64,000 nucleotides of DNA from Macrostomum lignano (taxonomy: Eukaryota): assembly GCA_002269645.1 (NCBI GenBank), contig NIVC01002610.1, positions 48,167-112,166 on the forward strand, in the 5' to 3' direction. The stretch's first letter is position 1; each line of letters starts with the position of its first letter. Positions 10,201 through 21,600 of this stretch are shown in pieces. The position numbers and the translations under genes were made by a program. The notes below the pieces were generated by a model. It was not told the origin of the DNA and did not search any database. It was given only the letters and a program-made list of their open reading frames with translations.

Positions 10201-13200
10201 ACTCTGGAGTGAGTGTGGCCGCTCAGCACAAAGACATCGCTCTCGGCGTGTCTCACGGATCGGACAGTTCTACAGAAGTGGCCGCGAGCAAGGGCGACAG
10301 CAAACTAGCGGTCAAGGCTGGCGACTCTGGAGTGAGTGTGGCCGCTCAGCACAAAGACATCGCTCTCGGCGTGTCTCACGGATCGGACGGTTCTACAGAA
10401 GTGGCCGCGAGCAAGGGCGACAGCAAACTAGCGGTCAAGGCTGGCGACTCTGGAGTGAGTGTGGCCGCTCAGCACAAAGACATCGCTCTCGGCGTGTCTC
10501 ACGGATCGGACGGTTCTACAGAAGTGGCCGCGAGCAAGCGACAGCAAACTAGCGGTCAAGGCTGGCGACTCTGGAGTGAGTGTGGCCGCTCAGCACAAAG
10601 ACATCGCTCTCGGCGTGTCTCACGGATCGGACGGTTCTACAGAAGTGGCCGCGAGCAAGCGACAGCAAACTAGCGGTCAAGGCTGGCGACTCTGGAGTGA
10701 GTGTGGCCGCTCAGCACAAAGACATCGCTCTCGGCGTGTCTCACGGATCGGACAGTTCTACAGAAGTGGCCGCGAGCAAGGGCGACAGCAAACTAGCGGT
10801 CAAGGCTGGCGACTCTGGAGTGAGTGTGGCCGCTCAGCACAAAGACATGGCTCTCGGCGTGTCTCACGGATCGGACGGTTCTACAGAAGTGGCCGCGAGC
10901 AAGGGCGACAGCAAACTAGCGGTCAAGGCTGGCGACTCTGGAGTGAGTGTGGCCGCTCAGCACAAAGACATCGCTCTCGGCGTGTCTCACGGATCGGACA
11001 GTTCTACAGAAGTGGCCGCGAGCAAGCGACAGCAAACTAGCGGTCAAGGCTGGCGACTCTGGAGTGAGTGTGGCCGCTCAGCACAAAGACATGGCTCTCG
11101 GCGTGTCTCACGGATCGGACAGTTCTACAGAAGTGGCCGCGAGCAAGGGCGACAGCAAACTAGCGGTCAAGGCTGGCGACTCTGGAGTGAGTGTGGCCGC
11201 TCAGCACAAAGACATCGCTCTCGGCGTGTCTCACGGATCGGACGGTTCTACAGAAGTGGCCGCGAGCAAGCGACAGCAAACTAGCGGTCAAGGCTGGCGA
11301 CTCTGGAGTGAGTGTGGCCGCTCAGCACAAAGACATCGCTCTCGGCGTGTCTCACGGATCGGACAGTTCTACAGAAGTGGCCGCGAGCAAGGGCGACAGC
11401 AAACTAGCGGTCAAGGCTGGCGACTCTGGAGTGAGTGTGGCCGCTCAGCACAAAGACATGGCTCTCGGCGTGTCTCACGGATCGGACGGTTCTACAGAAG
11501 TGGCCGCGAGCAAGGGCGACAGCAAACTAGCGGTCAAGGCTGGCGACTCTGGAGTGAGTGTGGCCGCTCAGCACAAAGACATCGCTCTCGGCGTGTCTCA
11601 CGGATCGGACAGTTCTACAGAAGTGGCCGCGAGCAAGGGCGACAGCAAACTAGCGGTCAAGGCTGGCGACTCTGGAGTGAGTGTGGCCGCTCAGCACAAA
11701 GACATCGCTCTCGGCGTGTCTCACGGATCGGACAGTTCTACAGAAGTGGCCGCGAGCAAGGGCGACAGCAAACTAGCGGTCAAGGCTGGCGACTCTGGAG
11801 TGAGTGTGGCCGCTCAGCACAAAGACATGGCTCTCGGCGTGTCTCACGGATCGGACAGTTCTACAGAAGTGGCCGCGAGCAAGGGCGACAGCAAACTAGC
11901 GGTCAAGGCTGGCGACTCTGGAGTGAGTGTGGCCGCTCAGCACAAAGACATCGCTCTCGGCGTGTCTCACGGATCGGACGGTTCTACAGAAGTGGCCGCG
12001 AGCAAGGGCGACAGCAAACTAGCGGTCAAGGCTGGCGACTCTGGAGTGAGTGTGGCCGCTCAGCACAAAGACATCGCTCTCGGCGTGTCTCACGGATCGG
12101 ACGGTTCTACAGAAGTGGCCGCGAGCAAAAGCGACAGCAAACTAGCGGTCAAGGCTGGCGACTCTGGAGTGAGTGTGGCCGCTCAGCACAAAGACATCGC
12201 TCTCGGCGTGTCTCACGGATCGGACGGTTCTACAGAAGTGGCCGCGAGCAAGCGACAGCAAACTAGCGGTCAAGGCTGGCGACTCTGGAGTGAGTGTGGC
12301 CGCTCAGCACAAAGACATCGCTCTCGGCGTGTCTCACGGATCGGACAGTTCTACAGAAGTGGCCGCGAGCAAGGGCGACAGCAAACTAGCGGTCAAGGCT
12401 GGCGACTCTGGAGTGAGTGTGGCCGCTCAGCACAAAGACATGGCTCTCGGCGTGTCTCACGGATCGGACGGTTCTACAGAAGTGGCCGCGAGCAAGGGCG
12501 ACAGCAAACTAGCGGTCAAGGCTGGCGACTCTGGAGTGAGTGTGGCCGCTCAGCACAAAGACATCGCTCTCGGCGTGTCTCACGGATCGGACAGTTCTAC
12601 AGAAGTGGCCGCGAGCAAAAGCGACAGCAAACTAGCGGTCAAGGCTGGCGACTCTGGAGTGAGTGTGGCCGCTCAGCACAAAGACATGGCTCTCGGCGTG
12701 TCTCACGGATCGGACAGTTCTACAGAAGTGGCCGCGAGCAAGGGCGACAGCAAACTAGCGGTCAAGGCTGGCGACTCTGGAGTGAGTGTGGCCGCTCAGC
12801 ACAAAGACATCGCTCTCGGCGTGTCTCACGGATCGGACGGTTCTACAGAAGTGGCCGCGAGCAAGCGACAGCAAACTAGCGGTCAAGGCTGGCGACTCTG
12901 GAGTGAGTGTGGCCGCTCAGCACAAAGACATCGCTCTCGGCGTGTCTCACGGATCGGACAGTTCTACAGAAGTGGCCGCGAGCAAGGGCGACAGCAAACT
13001 AGCGGTCAAGGCTGGCGACTCTGGAGTGAGTGTGGCCGCTCAGCACAAAGACATGGCTCTCGGCGTGTCTCACGGATCGGACGGTTCTACAGAAGTGGCC
13101 GCGAGCAAGGGCGACAGCAAACTAGCGGTCAAGGCTGGCGACTCTGGAGTGAGTGTGGCCGCTCAGCACAAAGACATCGCTCTCGGCGTGTCTCACGGAT

Positions 13201-14627
13201 CGGACAGTTCTACAGAAGTGGCCGCGAGCAAAAGCGACAGCAAACTAGCGGTCAAGGCTGGCGACTCTGGAGTGAGTGTGGCCGCTCAGCACAAAGACAT
13301 GGCTCTCGGCGTGTCTCACGGATCGGACAGTTCTACAGAAGTGGCCGCGAGCAAGGGCGACAGCAAACTAGCGGTCAAGGCTGGCGACTCTAGAGTGAGT
13401 GTGGCCGCTCAGCACAAAGACATCGCTCTCGGCGTGTCTCACGGATCGGATGGTTCTACAGAAGTGGCCGCGAGCAAAAGCGACAGCAAACTAGCGGTCA
13501 AGGCTGGCGACTCTGGAGTGAGTGTGGCCGCTCAGCACAAAGACATCGCTCTCGGCGTGTCTCACGGATCGGACAGTTCTACAGAAGTGGCCGCGAGCAA
13601 GGGCGACAGCAAACTAGCGGTCAAGGCTGGCGACTCTGGAGTGAGTGTGGCCGCTCAGCACAAAGACATCGCTCTCGGCGTGTCTCACGGATCGGACAGT
13701 TCTACAGAAGTGGCCGCGAGCAAGGGCGACAGCAAACTAGCGGTCAAGGCTGGCGACTCTGGAGTGAGTGTGGCCGCTCAGCACAAAGACATCGCTCTCG
13801 GCGTGTCTCACGGATCGGACAGTTCTACAGAAGTGGCCGCGAGCAAGGGCGACAGCAAACTAGCGGTCAAGGCTGGCGACTCTGGAGTGAGTGTGGCCGC
13901 TCAGCACAAAGACATGGCTCTCGGCGTGTCTCATGGATCGGACAGTTCTACAGAAGTGGCCGCGAGCAAGGGCGACAGCAAACTAGCGGTCAAGGCTGGC
14001 GACTCTAGAGTGAGTGTGGCCGCTCAGCACAAAGACATCGCTCTCGGCGTGTCTCACGGATCGGATGGTTCTACAGAAGTGGCCGCGAGCAAAAGCGACA
14101 GCAAACTAGCGGTCAAGGCTGGCGACTCTGGAGTGAGTGTGGCCGCTCAGCACAAAGACATCGCTCTCGGCGTGTCTCACGGATCGGACAGTTCTACAGA
14201 AGTGGCCGCGAGCAAGGGCGACAGCAAACTAGCGGTCAAGGCTGGCGACTCTGGAGTGAGTGTGGCCGCTCAGCACAAAGACATCGCTCTCGGCGTGTCT
14301 CATGGATCGGACAGTTCTACAGAAGTGGCCGCGAGCAAGGGCGACAGCAAACTAGCGGTCAAGGCTGGCGACTCTGGAGTGAGTGTGGCCGCTCAGCACA
14401 AAGACATCGCTCTCGGCGTGTCTCACGGATCGGACAGTTCTACAGAAGTGGCCGCGAGCAAGGGCGACAGCAAACTAGCGGTCAAGGCTGGCGACTCTGG
14501 AGTGAGTGTGGCCGCTCAGCACAAAGACATCGCTCTCGGCGTGTCTCATGGATCGGACAGTTCTACAGAAGTGGCCGCGAGCAAGGGCGACAGCAAACTA
14601 GCGGTCAAGGCTGGTGAATCTCTATAA
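7248..14627 (+). CDS. Probable C-terminal continuation of the SecA-like protein: about 120 aa unique linker plus about 57 x 41-aa repeats; interrupted by 8 small deletions as assembled
   Basis: The frame open from 7200 runs from unique sequence directly into the repeat frame, with degenerate first units (TATDSGVELANADTKLAVRTGDSG). The array ends in a unique in-frame KLAVKAGESL-stop (TAA 14625-14627). Deletions: 1 nt at about 9018 and 2 nt at about 9431, 10535, 10657, 11024, 11268, 12250 and 12863. Confidence 0.62.
7599..14614 (+). repeat. 123-bp tandem repeat, about 57 near-identical copies, unit KGDSKLAVKAGDSGVSVAAQHKDIALGVSHGSDSSTEVAAS
   Basis: Directly visible period of 123 bp, with seven 121-bp variant units and one 122-bp unit. 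Confidence 0.98.
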
Positions 14628-15445
14628 GGACTACCATTTTGACGTGTAATGACGGTAATATTTTGGCTATACGATTTAATCGAAAAGGACATTTTTCAGT
14701 GACGTCCTTTGACTTCCGTGTGGTTGAATACTTTTGCGGACTTCAGAGTGTCGTTGTCTAAGCGTTCGTTTGAAATTCAGTGTAGATGAAAAAAAGTGTT
14801 GAAATTAGTATTTATAGTTTCTAGTATAGCAAGTAAATCATTTAGGTCATTTTATCCACCTACATGTGCTTGTATCGTTTGAAGTAAAAACTTTTACAAG
14901 AATACAAGTACCCACTAAATTGATGCAACTTCGTTTAGGAGTTATTTGGCATTGATTTGGGGCTACTAGTTTTTATTTTATTTATAAAATAATATTAACT
15001 ATTCGCATTGTAATCGTGTAATTCGTGGTTTTTCTATGGGTAAATTATGGATTTTCTATGGGTAAATTACCTTTTGGAGGAATGCAGCGACAGGTACATG
15101 TCGCTAACTTTTTATGCTATCTGCTAATAACATTTTGAGCTAAAGCTTTCCCTAAATTGCCTGACGTCAAAGTATGCAAATGAGTAAGCTTAATGATCTA
15201 TAGTTAGTGGAGCGAATAATTGTGAGCAAAAACAAGAACCCTGAGCCCTTTTCGGCTAAATTTTAAAATTATTATGATCATTGTATTGTTGGACAAATTT
15301 TAGTGAAAGCACTTCTGCTCATTTTGCATGTACAAATATGTGAATGTACGACTCATATCGCACTTATCCAGAGAATTTGGAGTATTGCTAATGGTGAGTA
15401 ATTTCAGTTGAAGATAATGAACTGCTTTGCCTATTTCTTTACTAT

Positions 15446-15740
15446 AAATACTGTTTTGTATTATTTCTGGTTTAACATTGTCAATTTTTAAAATGGCTTT
15501 AAAATCATGCAAAAACTCATGGACAAAATATTGAATTTAGGGTTTTGGTTAGGGTTAGGGTTAGGGTTAGAAGTTTTACAGGAGATTTTTTAAGATTTCA
15601 AGGCTACATGTAGCTTATTAAAAAAACGTGTATTGCATTTATTTGGCTCCCCAACGGGGGGGCGTAGATTGCTAGTAAATATTGTTTTGTATTATTTTCT
15701 GGTTTAACATTGTTAATTTTTAAAATGGCTTTAAAATCAT
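15446..15740 (+). repeat. About 63-bp direct repeats (15446-15508, 15677-15740) flanking a segment with (TTAGGG)3 and a Helitron-like 3' end
   Basis: Two near-identical copies of AAATA(C/T)TGTTTTGTATTATTT..TTTAAAATCAT. TTAGGG x3 at about 15549-15570. GC hairpin 15646-15663 followed 8 nt later by CTAG|T (15672-15676). Confidence 0.55.
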
Positions 15741-16202
15741 TTGATTTCAAACACACTACTACATGTATATGTTACTGTACCTTCGTAGCTTTTTTGTCGA
15801 ACGTATATCGAACGCACCAAAAGCCGAATTACAATCTTTATTTTATTTTAAGAGGAGTATATAGCTCGTATGAATTAAATAAATTATCGGAAAAAGTCTG
15901 AGATTTGATGTGAACAGCAAATTTACTGATGATTATGTACATAGGCTACACTCGGCGACTTAAAATAAAGGCTCATTCCCATTGCAATCAAATTCAACCA
16001 ACCAAATACTACGATCAATGTACAAATGAACCAAATTTGATGTACAAGTCGCGTTATCAAACGAAATTGGACCAGATTAGATGGTGTTTTGAATGAACGA
16101 AGTTAGGGCTGCGATGGACACTCCTGTGTGAGTTTGGCCTGCTGTGCATATGGTTGCCGTACGTATCCGAGCGCTTGCATGTGTGCCTGGTCGGGGGGTG
16201 TC

Positions 16203-16219
16203 GTCTGTCTGTCTGTCTC

Positions 16220-16259
<40 letters not shown>

Positions 16260-16285
16260 CCTGCCTGTCTGTCTTTGTCTTTCTA

Positions 16286-16320
<35 letters not shown>

Positions 16321-16640
16321 CTCTGTCTGTCTGTCTGTCTGCCTGTCTGTCTGTCTTTGTCTTTCTATCTGTCTGTCTGTCTGTCCGTCTGTCTGTCTGT
16401 CTGTCTATCTGTCTGTCTTGTGTCTGTCTGTCTGGGTGTCTGTCTGTCTGCCTGTCTGTCTGTCTGTCTGTCCTAGTGTCTGTCTGTCTGTCTATCTGTC
16501 TGTCTTACTGTCTGTCTGTCTGGGTGTCTGTCTGTCTGCCTGTCTGTCTGTCTGTCTGTCCGTCCGTCTGTCTGTCTGTCTATCTGTCTGTCTTAGTGTC
16601 TGTCTGTCTGTCTGTCTGTCTGTCTTAGTGTCTGTCTGAG

Positions 16641-16671
<31 letters not shown>

Positions 16672-16672
16672 G

Positions 16673-16729
<57 letters not shown>

Positions 16730-16790
16730 GACTGTCTGTCTGTCCGTCTGTCTGTCTGTCTGTCTGTCCTAGCGTCTGTCTGTCTGTCTG
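16203..16790. repeat. Imperfect (GTCT)n microsatellite
   Basis: Direct inspection; the VCLS/TDRQ ORFs here are translation artefacts. Confidence 0.97.
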
Positions 16791-17418
16791 CAAACTGCAG
16801 CCCTCCTACTTCTAAGTCTAACCCATTACTCTGATGGATCTAGTACACGCACATGAGGCTACATGCGTTAGATGTAAAAATACAAATCAAAGCAATGCAA
16901 GCGCATGAACTTCAAGAACACGGCCGGACATTTTCTTGCGTACTTTTCAAACAAGAATCAAGTCGCCAGCCCTCCAGACCGTCGAGATGTTCGACGATTC
17001 TGCTAAGGTAGGATTTTTCCCATACGATCTATATTTTATAGAGTGTGTTCAATAATTAATTACACCTCTGTTCGCCAATCAGCACTGCACTGCACCTCAG
17101 TACTCATGCAGCCTTGCCTGCTAGCCTCGAAATTTCATTAATTATAGCACGTCGAAGATGCAGTGTCTGCATCAACTCGGACTTTGTCGGTCTCAGCTGC
17201 ATGGCTTTCACCCAAAAGCGGAGCTTCTGGACTTTCAACAGGTGGCACCAGGTGACTATGGACACGCCCCTGTTGCGAATTTCCGGTCTACTTCTGCTGA
17301 TTAAGCCTCTCGACAGTGGGCAAGCCTCAACTGCTGGACATCCTGGGGAAGGACCACTGTAGTACTACTACAGTGGTAGTACTACTACAGTGGTCCTTGA
17401 TCCTGGGTCGATCGCTAT

Positions 17419-17576
17419 AGTCTCTCATGCATTCAGTCATCATCCAGACGTCGTCGTCTACTGATCAACTGAGATGACCTGGTGATGAGGATCCATATAG
17501 TCTGAACCTGCCACCTGGTATAATCTATTAAATGCCGATGACGACGTCTGGGTGATGACTGAATGCTTGAGAGACT
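17419..17576. mobile_element. Foldback/MITE-like element, 37-bp inverted arms with 84-bp spacer
   Basis: AGTCTCTCATGCATTCAGTCATCATCCAGACGTCGTC (17419-17455) is the reverse complement of 17540-17576 with 2 mismatches. No clear TSD. Confidence 0.55.
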
Positions 17577-18647
17577 TAGCTGAGAATTTCCAGCTGTTGA
17601 GGTTTGCCCTCTCTCGGGGGATTCCCCTTTGTTATAGTTGTATTGTACTTTTAGTGCATATAAAAAATACTTAATCGACCAGGACCAAACGGCCTTTATC
17701 GACTAGACTGTTCATGATCTTACGACGTAAAGGCCGCTGCAGCGCTGTACATGTACATGTATATATGTATATCTGTGCAACATAGACGTCTCTGCCAAAT
17801 GAATATTTTACGTTAAGCCGACAGATAAAATGTTGCATGTACGTACCTATGTATTTGCCTTGTCGCATCGATGATAATTAAACTTTGCAAAGAAATTTCT
17901 GCCGACGTTGTCTCAAGGTGCTTGCGCATGTAATTGTCTGCATGTACTTCAATTTGCTGACATGTACATATGTCGCTCAGTGTGTGCGTGCTTGTAAAAA
18001 GGCATCAGTGTCTAAATAATGTAACTACAGGTAACTTTAAAAAAAGTATAGCCTTATATACCTTCAACAGGTAGCATCAAGAGCATATATAAGTATATGG
18101 ACACCAGCTGTTGCTACTACACTGACAGTGGGCAGACCTCAACTACTGGGCATTTTCATTTTGTTTTTTTAAACTAGAAGAATGGCAATTAGTATTCCTA
18201 CTGTTGATTGATTAGACTTCAATAGGCCACTACTGCACTGCACCGAGCTTTAATGTCCTTCTGCCAGTGTACTTGATAATCTCGTAGTATTTGGTATTAT
18301 TAAGTAGTGGTGGTAACTGGTCATTCTTTAAAGCATCGCATTACATTAAAAATTACATATTTGCTAAAAAATTGCGCACTCCAAAAACTACGACTGTATT
18401 TGTTCGAACTGCTAGCAACGATATCATACGAAGAAATCTCATTCAATTGAACGTAGCATGTAAGTGTGTGTGGTCGGATTCTCGCCTTTAACAATTTTCA
18501 AGTTTACAAAATAAAAACCGCTCGAGTCGAGCAAATCTTAATTTTATTAATTTGCTATTCAATTAAAATCTATTTTGGCCTAAGATTTGACTTTCTTGCT
18601 TTTCGATTCTTGTATAGCTTTAGCTAGGGGGGGCCCTATTAAGAATC

Positions 18648-21600
18648 ATGGAAAACTCAACAAAGTCAAAGTCAAAACAAATCTCCTCTGAAGCCGAAGG
18701 TGCCGAAAAAGATATTTTCAGAGACACTTGGGTTCGATATTTAGGTAAGTTATCCATAAAAGTCTTACAGCCATTTTTATTGTTTAATCCTACTTTTTAC
18801 TGAAGCAAGGTCTAGGTCTAGGCTAGGGTCTATATAATATTCTAATTGTTGTAATTTTGTAGACAACCAAATAAGCAAAAATCAGTAACTCACAACAATT
18901 ATTGAAAATATCAAAATAAATACTGGTAGCTGTGTAATTAAAAATTAGCTGAATTTTATGAATAAGTTATTTAGACCCTACTTTTTAAGGTTTCTAATAT
19001 TTTTTATTCATTTTCAAGTGCAAGATATCGCTTATTGAACTTTATAGGTTTATAAGTTACATATAAGCCTATATAACTTTGGCCAATTGGTTTTTACCAA
19101 TGTTAAAACTGATGTTAAATGTACATAATGGGAGTGGGGTGGCTGTATACTAGACGACAATTTGGTCAGTTATGGGTTATGGGGTAGCTGACCAAATTGG
19201 TGAGACTAGGAGATAATTGAGTCATGCAAAATCATGCACATGTCTATGTACATTTTAACATCAGTTTTAACATCTGTAAAGACTGATCAACCAAAGTTAT
19301 TTTCATTAAATTAGTTGCAGTTTTGATAATATTTATAGATAATCCAAAGTCAGGAAGTGGCATGTGTAGGCCTATGCCAAAATTAAATTTGGGAAAAGGT
19401 CCTTATGTACACCCTATAGTCCCAAGTATGCACTGTGTATAGGCCCTACAAGAATTTTTTTTTGCTTTGTAGGCTGGTTTGATGAATTTGATCCCATAGT
19501 TAAGCCATCAAAGTTGTTGCAGGTCTCTAAATAGTAATTATATATGTTTTTCAGAATCTCATTTTGATATAATTATTGTGCATTTCCAATAATTGTTCTT
19601 AATCTTGTAATATTATATTTAGTTCTAGTAGCATTTTGATATAGTTTGCCTAAGCAGTCTTATGTAAGCTTATTCTAGTAATGGGTAATGGTCTAATGTA
19701 ATTGCCTGAGTGGTCTAATGTATTCTTTCTAGTCTTTCAGGCATTATCTAGATTAGAGGGTCATGGCATGTCTCTCTAAATTTCCTTTGATGGCTTATTA
19801 TAATTCTCCAATCTATTCTCTTAGACTTAGTAAGCTTCTTAGCACTTCAAATTTCTTAGTGTAAAATACTAATTTGATATAATTCCTTCAAAGGTTTATT
19901 TAATCAACATTTAAAAGGTCTTGAGGGCATTGGGAAGCATACATGCCCAACACCTGTCTAACCCATCCAAACTAGATGGGTAAAATGGCCACTGGCCAAG
20001 GTAAGTTGCAAAATCAAAAATGTGAAAAACAAAAAATTGGGAGAATAAAGAAAGGAAAGGAAGAGAAATGGAAAAGAAAGAAGAGAAAAGAGAGTAAGGG
20101 GAAAGAGAAAGAGAAGAAAAGAGAAGAAAGCAGGAAAAAAAGAAAAAAGGCAAGAAAAGTCATATATACAAAGTGAAAATTAAGTTGCAATCAAGAGGAA
20201 CTAAGTCGCAAATCTGGACAAAGCAAAGTTATACCAGATAGGTGAAACTTTGAGGTTGGGAAGGGGGTTTTAGTGGTAAGAAAAATGGTATTCCTTTGAT
20301 TTACAAGTTCATTTTTTCACCTACATTTTGGTTCATGATCCCCATGTAATTTTCTATTTCGGTGTTCAAAAGAAACAAAAATGGTTAAACTAGGCTTATT
20401 CATTTCACTAGAAAAACTAAATAGAATAGCCAACCTATAGTTTCTCCTATGGCATGGCAATGATGAGGATCCTATGTATCTACCTCAGTTTATGATCATT
20501 AAAATAGTAGAAATAACACTTAAATGATTGTGAAGTGAAGGTAAGGGAGTTGTAGTGATTTTATATTCCAAAACTGTTCAATGAAGATAATCCTATATAT
20601 CTACTTGGTTTACAATCATTTCAATGGCAGAAATACATGTAATTTGATTACAAACTGAAGGTAAGGGGGTTTAGTGTATCATGATGCTGTCTCATTGACT
20701 TCTAAACCATTTGCATATGGTGCAACAATAGTTTGACCACTGGATTGCAGCTTTAGACTCAACTCCATACATTATCTGCAAAGTTCTGTGGAAAAAAGAC
20801 AAATAAATTAATATACCACATTTGTATTCACTACCCCTCTCAGCTTTGGTTTATAATCATTTAAATTGAAGAAATACATATAAATGATTGAAAACCAAAG
20901 GTAGCTTGTGTATTTAGATAGCCATCAATTTTAGTTACTTATTACACCAAACCCCCTTACCTTCAGCTCACAATCATTTAAAGTTATTTCTGCTATTTAA
21001 ATGATTGTAAACTAAAGAGGACATATAAGATCTTTTTTGTCAAACACTGGCACACATTTGAACATCTCTTCTATAACCATATGCATAGGTATTTATAGGA
21101 ATAAGAATAACTATTTATTCAAGTATTCATACATATACCTACTTTATTTTTATTCAAAGCTTTTTATTTAGTATTCAACTGTCAGTGAAATTCACTATTA
21201 TAATTGATACAACAAATTATATATTTAATAACCTAGTGTTAAACCAAGAAACCATTGACATACTTAGCTTTTTATTGAAACAATTCCAATTTTGGCAAAA
21301 CTATTGCATTTTGGCATGGCTGTTAGACAGTATGATGCTAATGAATTTCAAAATCAAAATGTTACCATTACAGTAAACAAAAATGCTACTATTCAAATAA
21401 AAATACACTTTTGTTTTATCTTACTTGTAGGTTACGCCAATGAAGTTGGTGAAGCATTTCGGATTCAAGTCCATGTGAACTGGGTTCGCTTCTCCTATGT
21501 GGTTGCATCGGGCTATGTGGCTGCTGACACTGCACACAAAACTCAACTTGAGTATCAGGTAATAATACTTAAAGAGCTAATAGTTAATCTACTTTGAAGC

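Noticed and set aside
7599-14614. CRISPR array
   Set aside because: Contiguous near-identical units with no unique spacers; eukaryotic locus; no cas genes.
15549-15570. Telomere or chromosome-fusion site
   Set aside because: Only about 3.5 TTAGGG units and no head-to-head arrangement.
17482-17562. C/D-box snoRNA (GTGATGA..CTGA)
   Set aside because: Boxes partly derive from the inverted-repeat arm, there is no terminal stem at the right places, I recognise no rRNA guide, and it is not in an evident intron.
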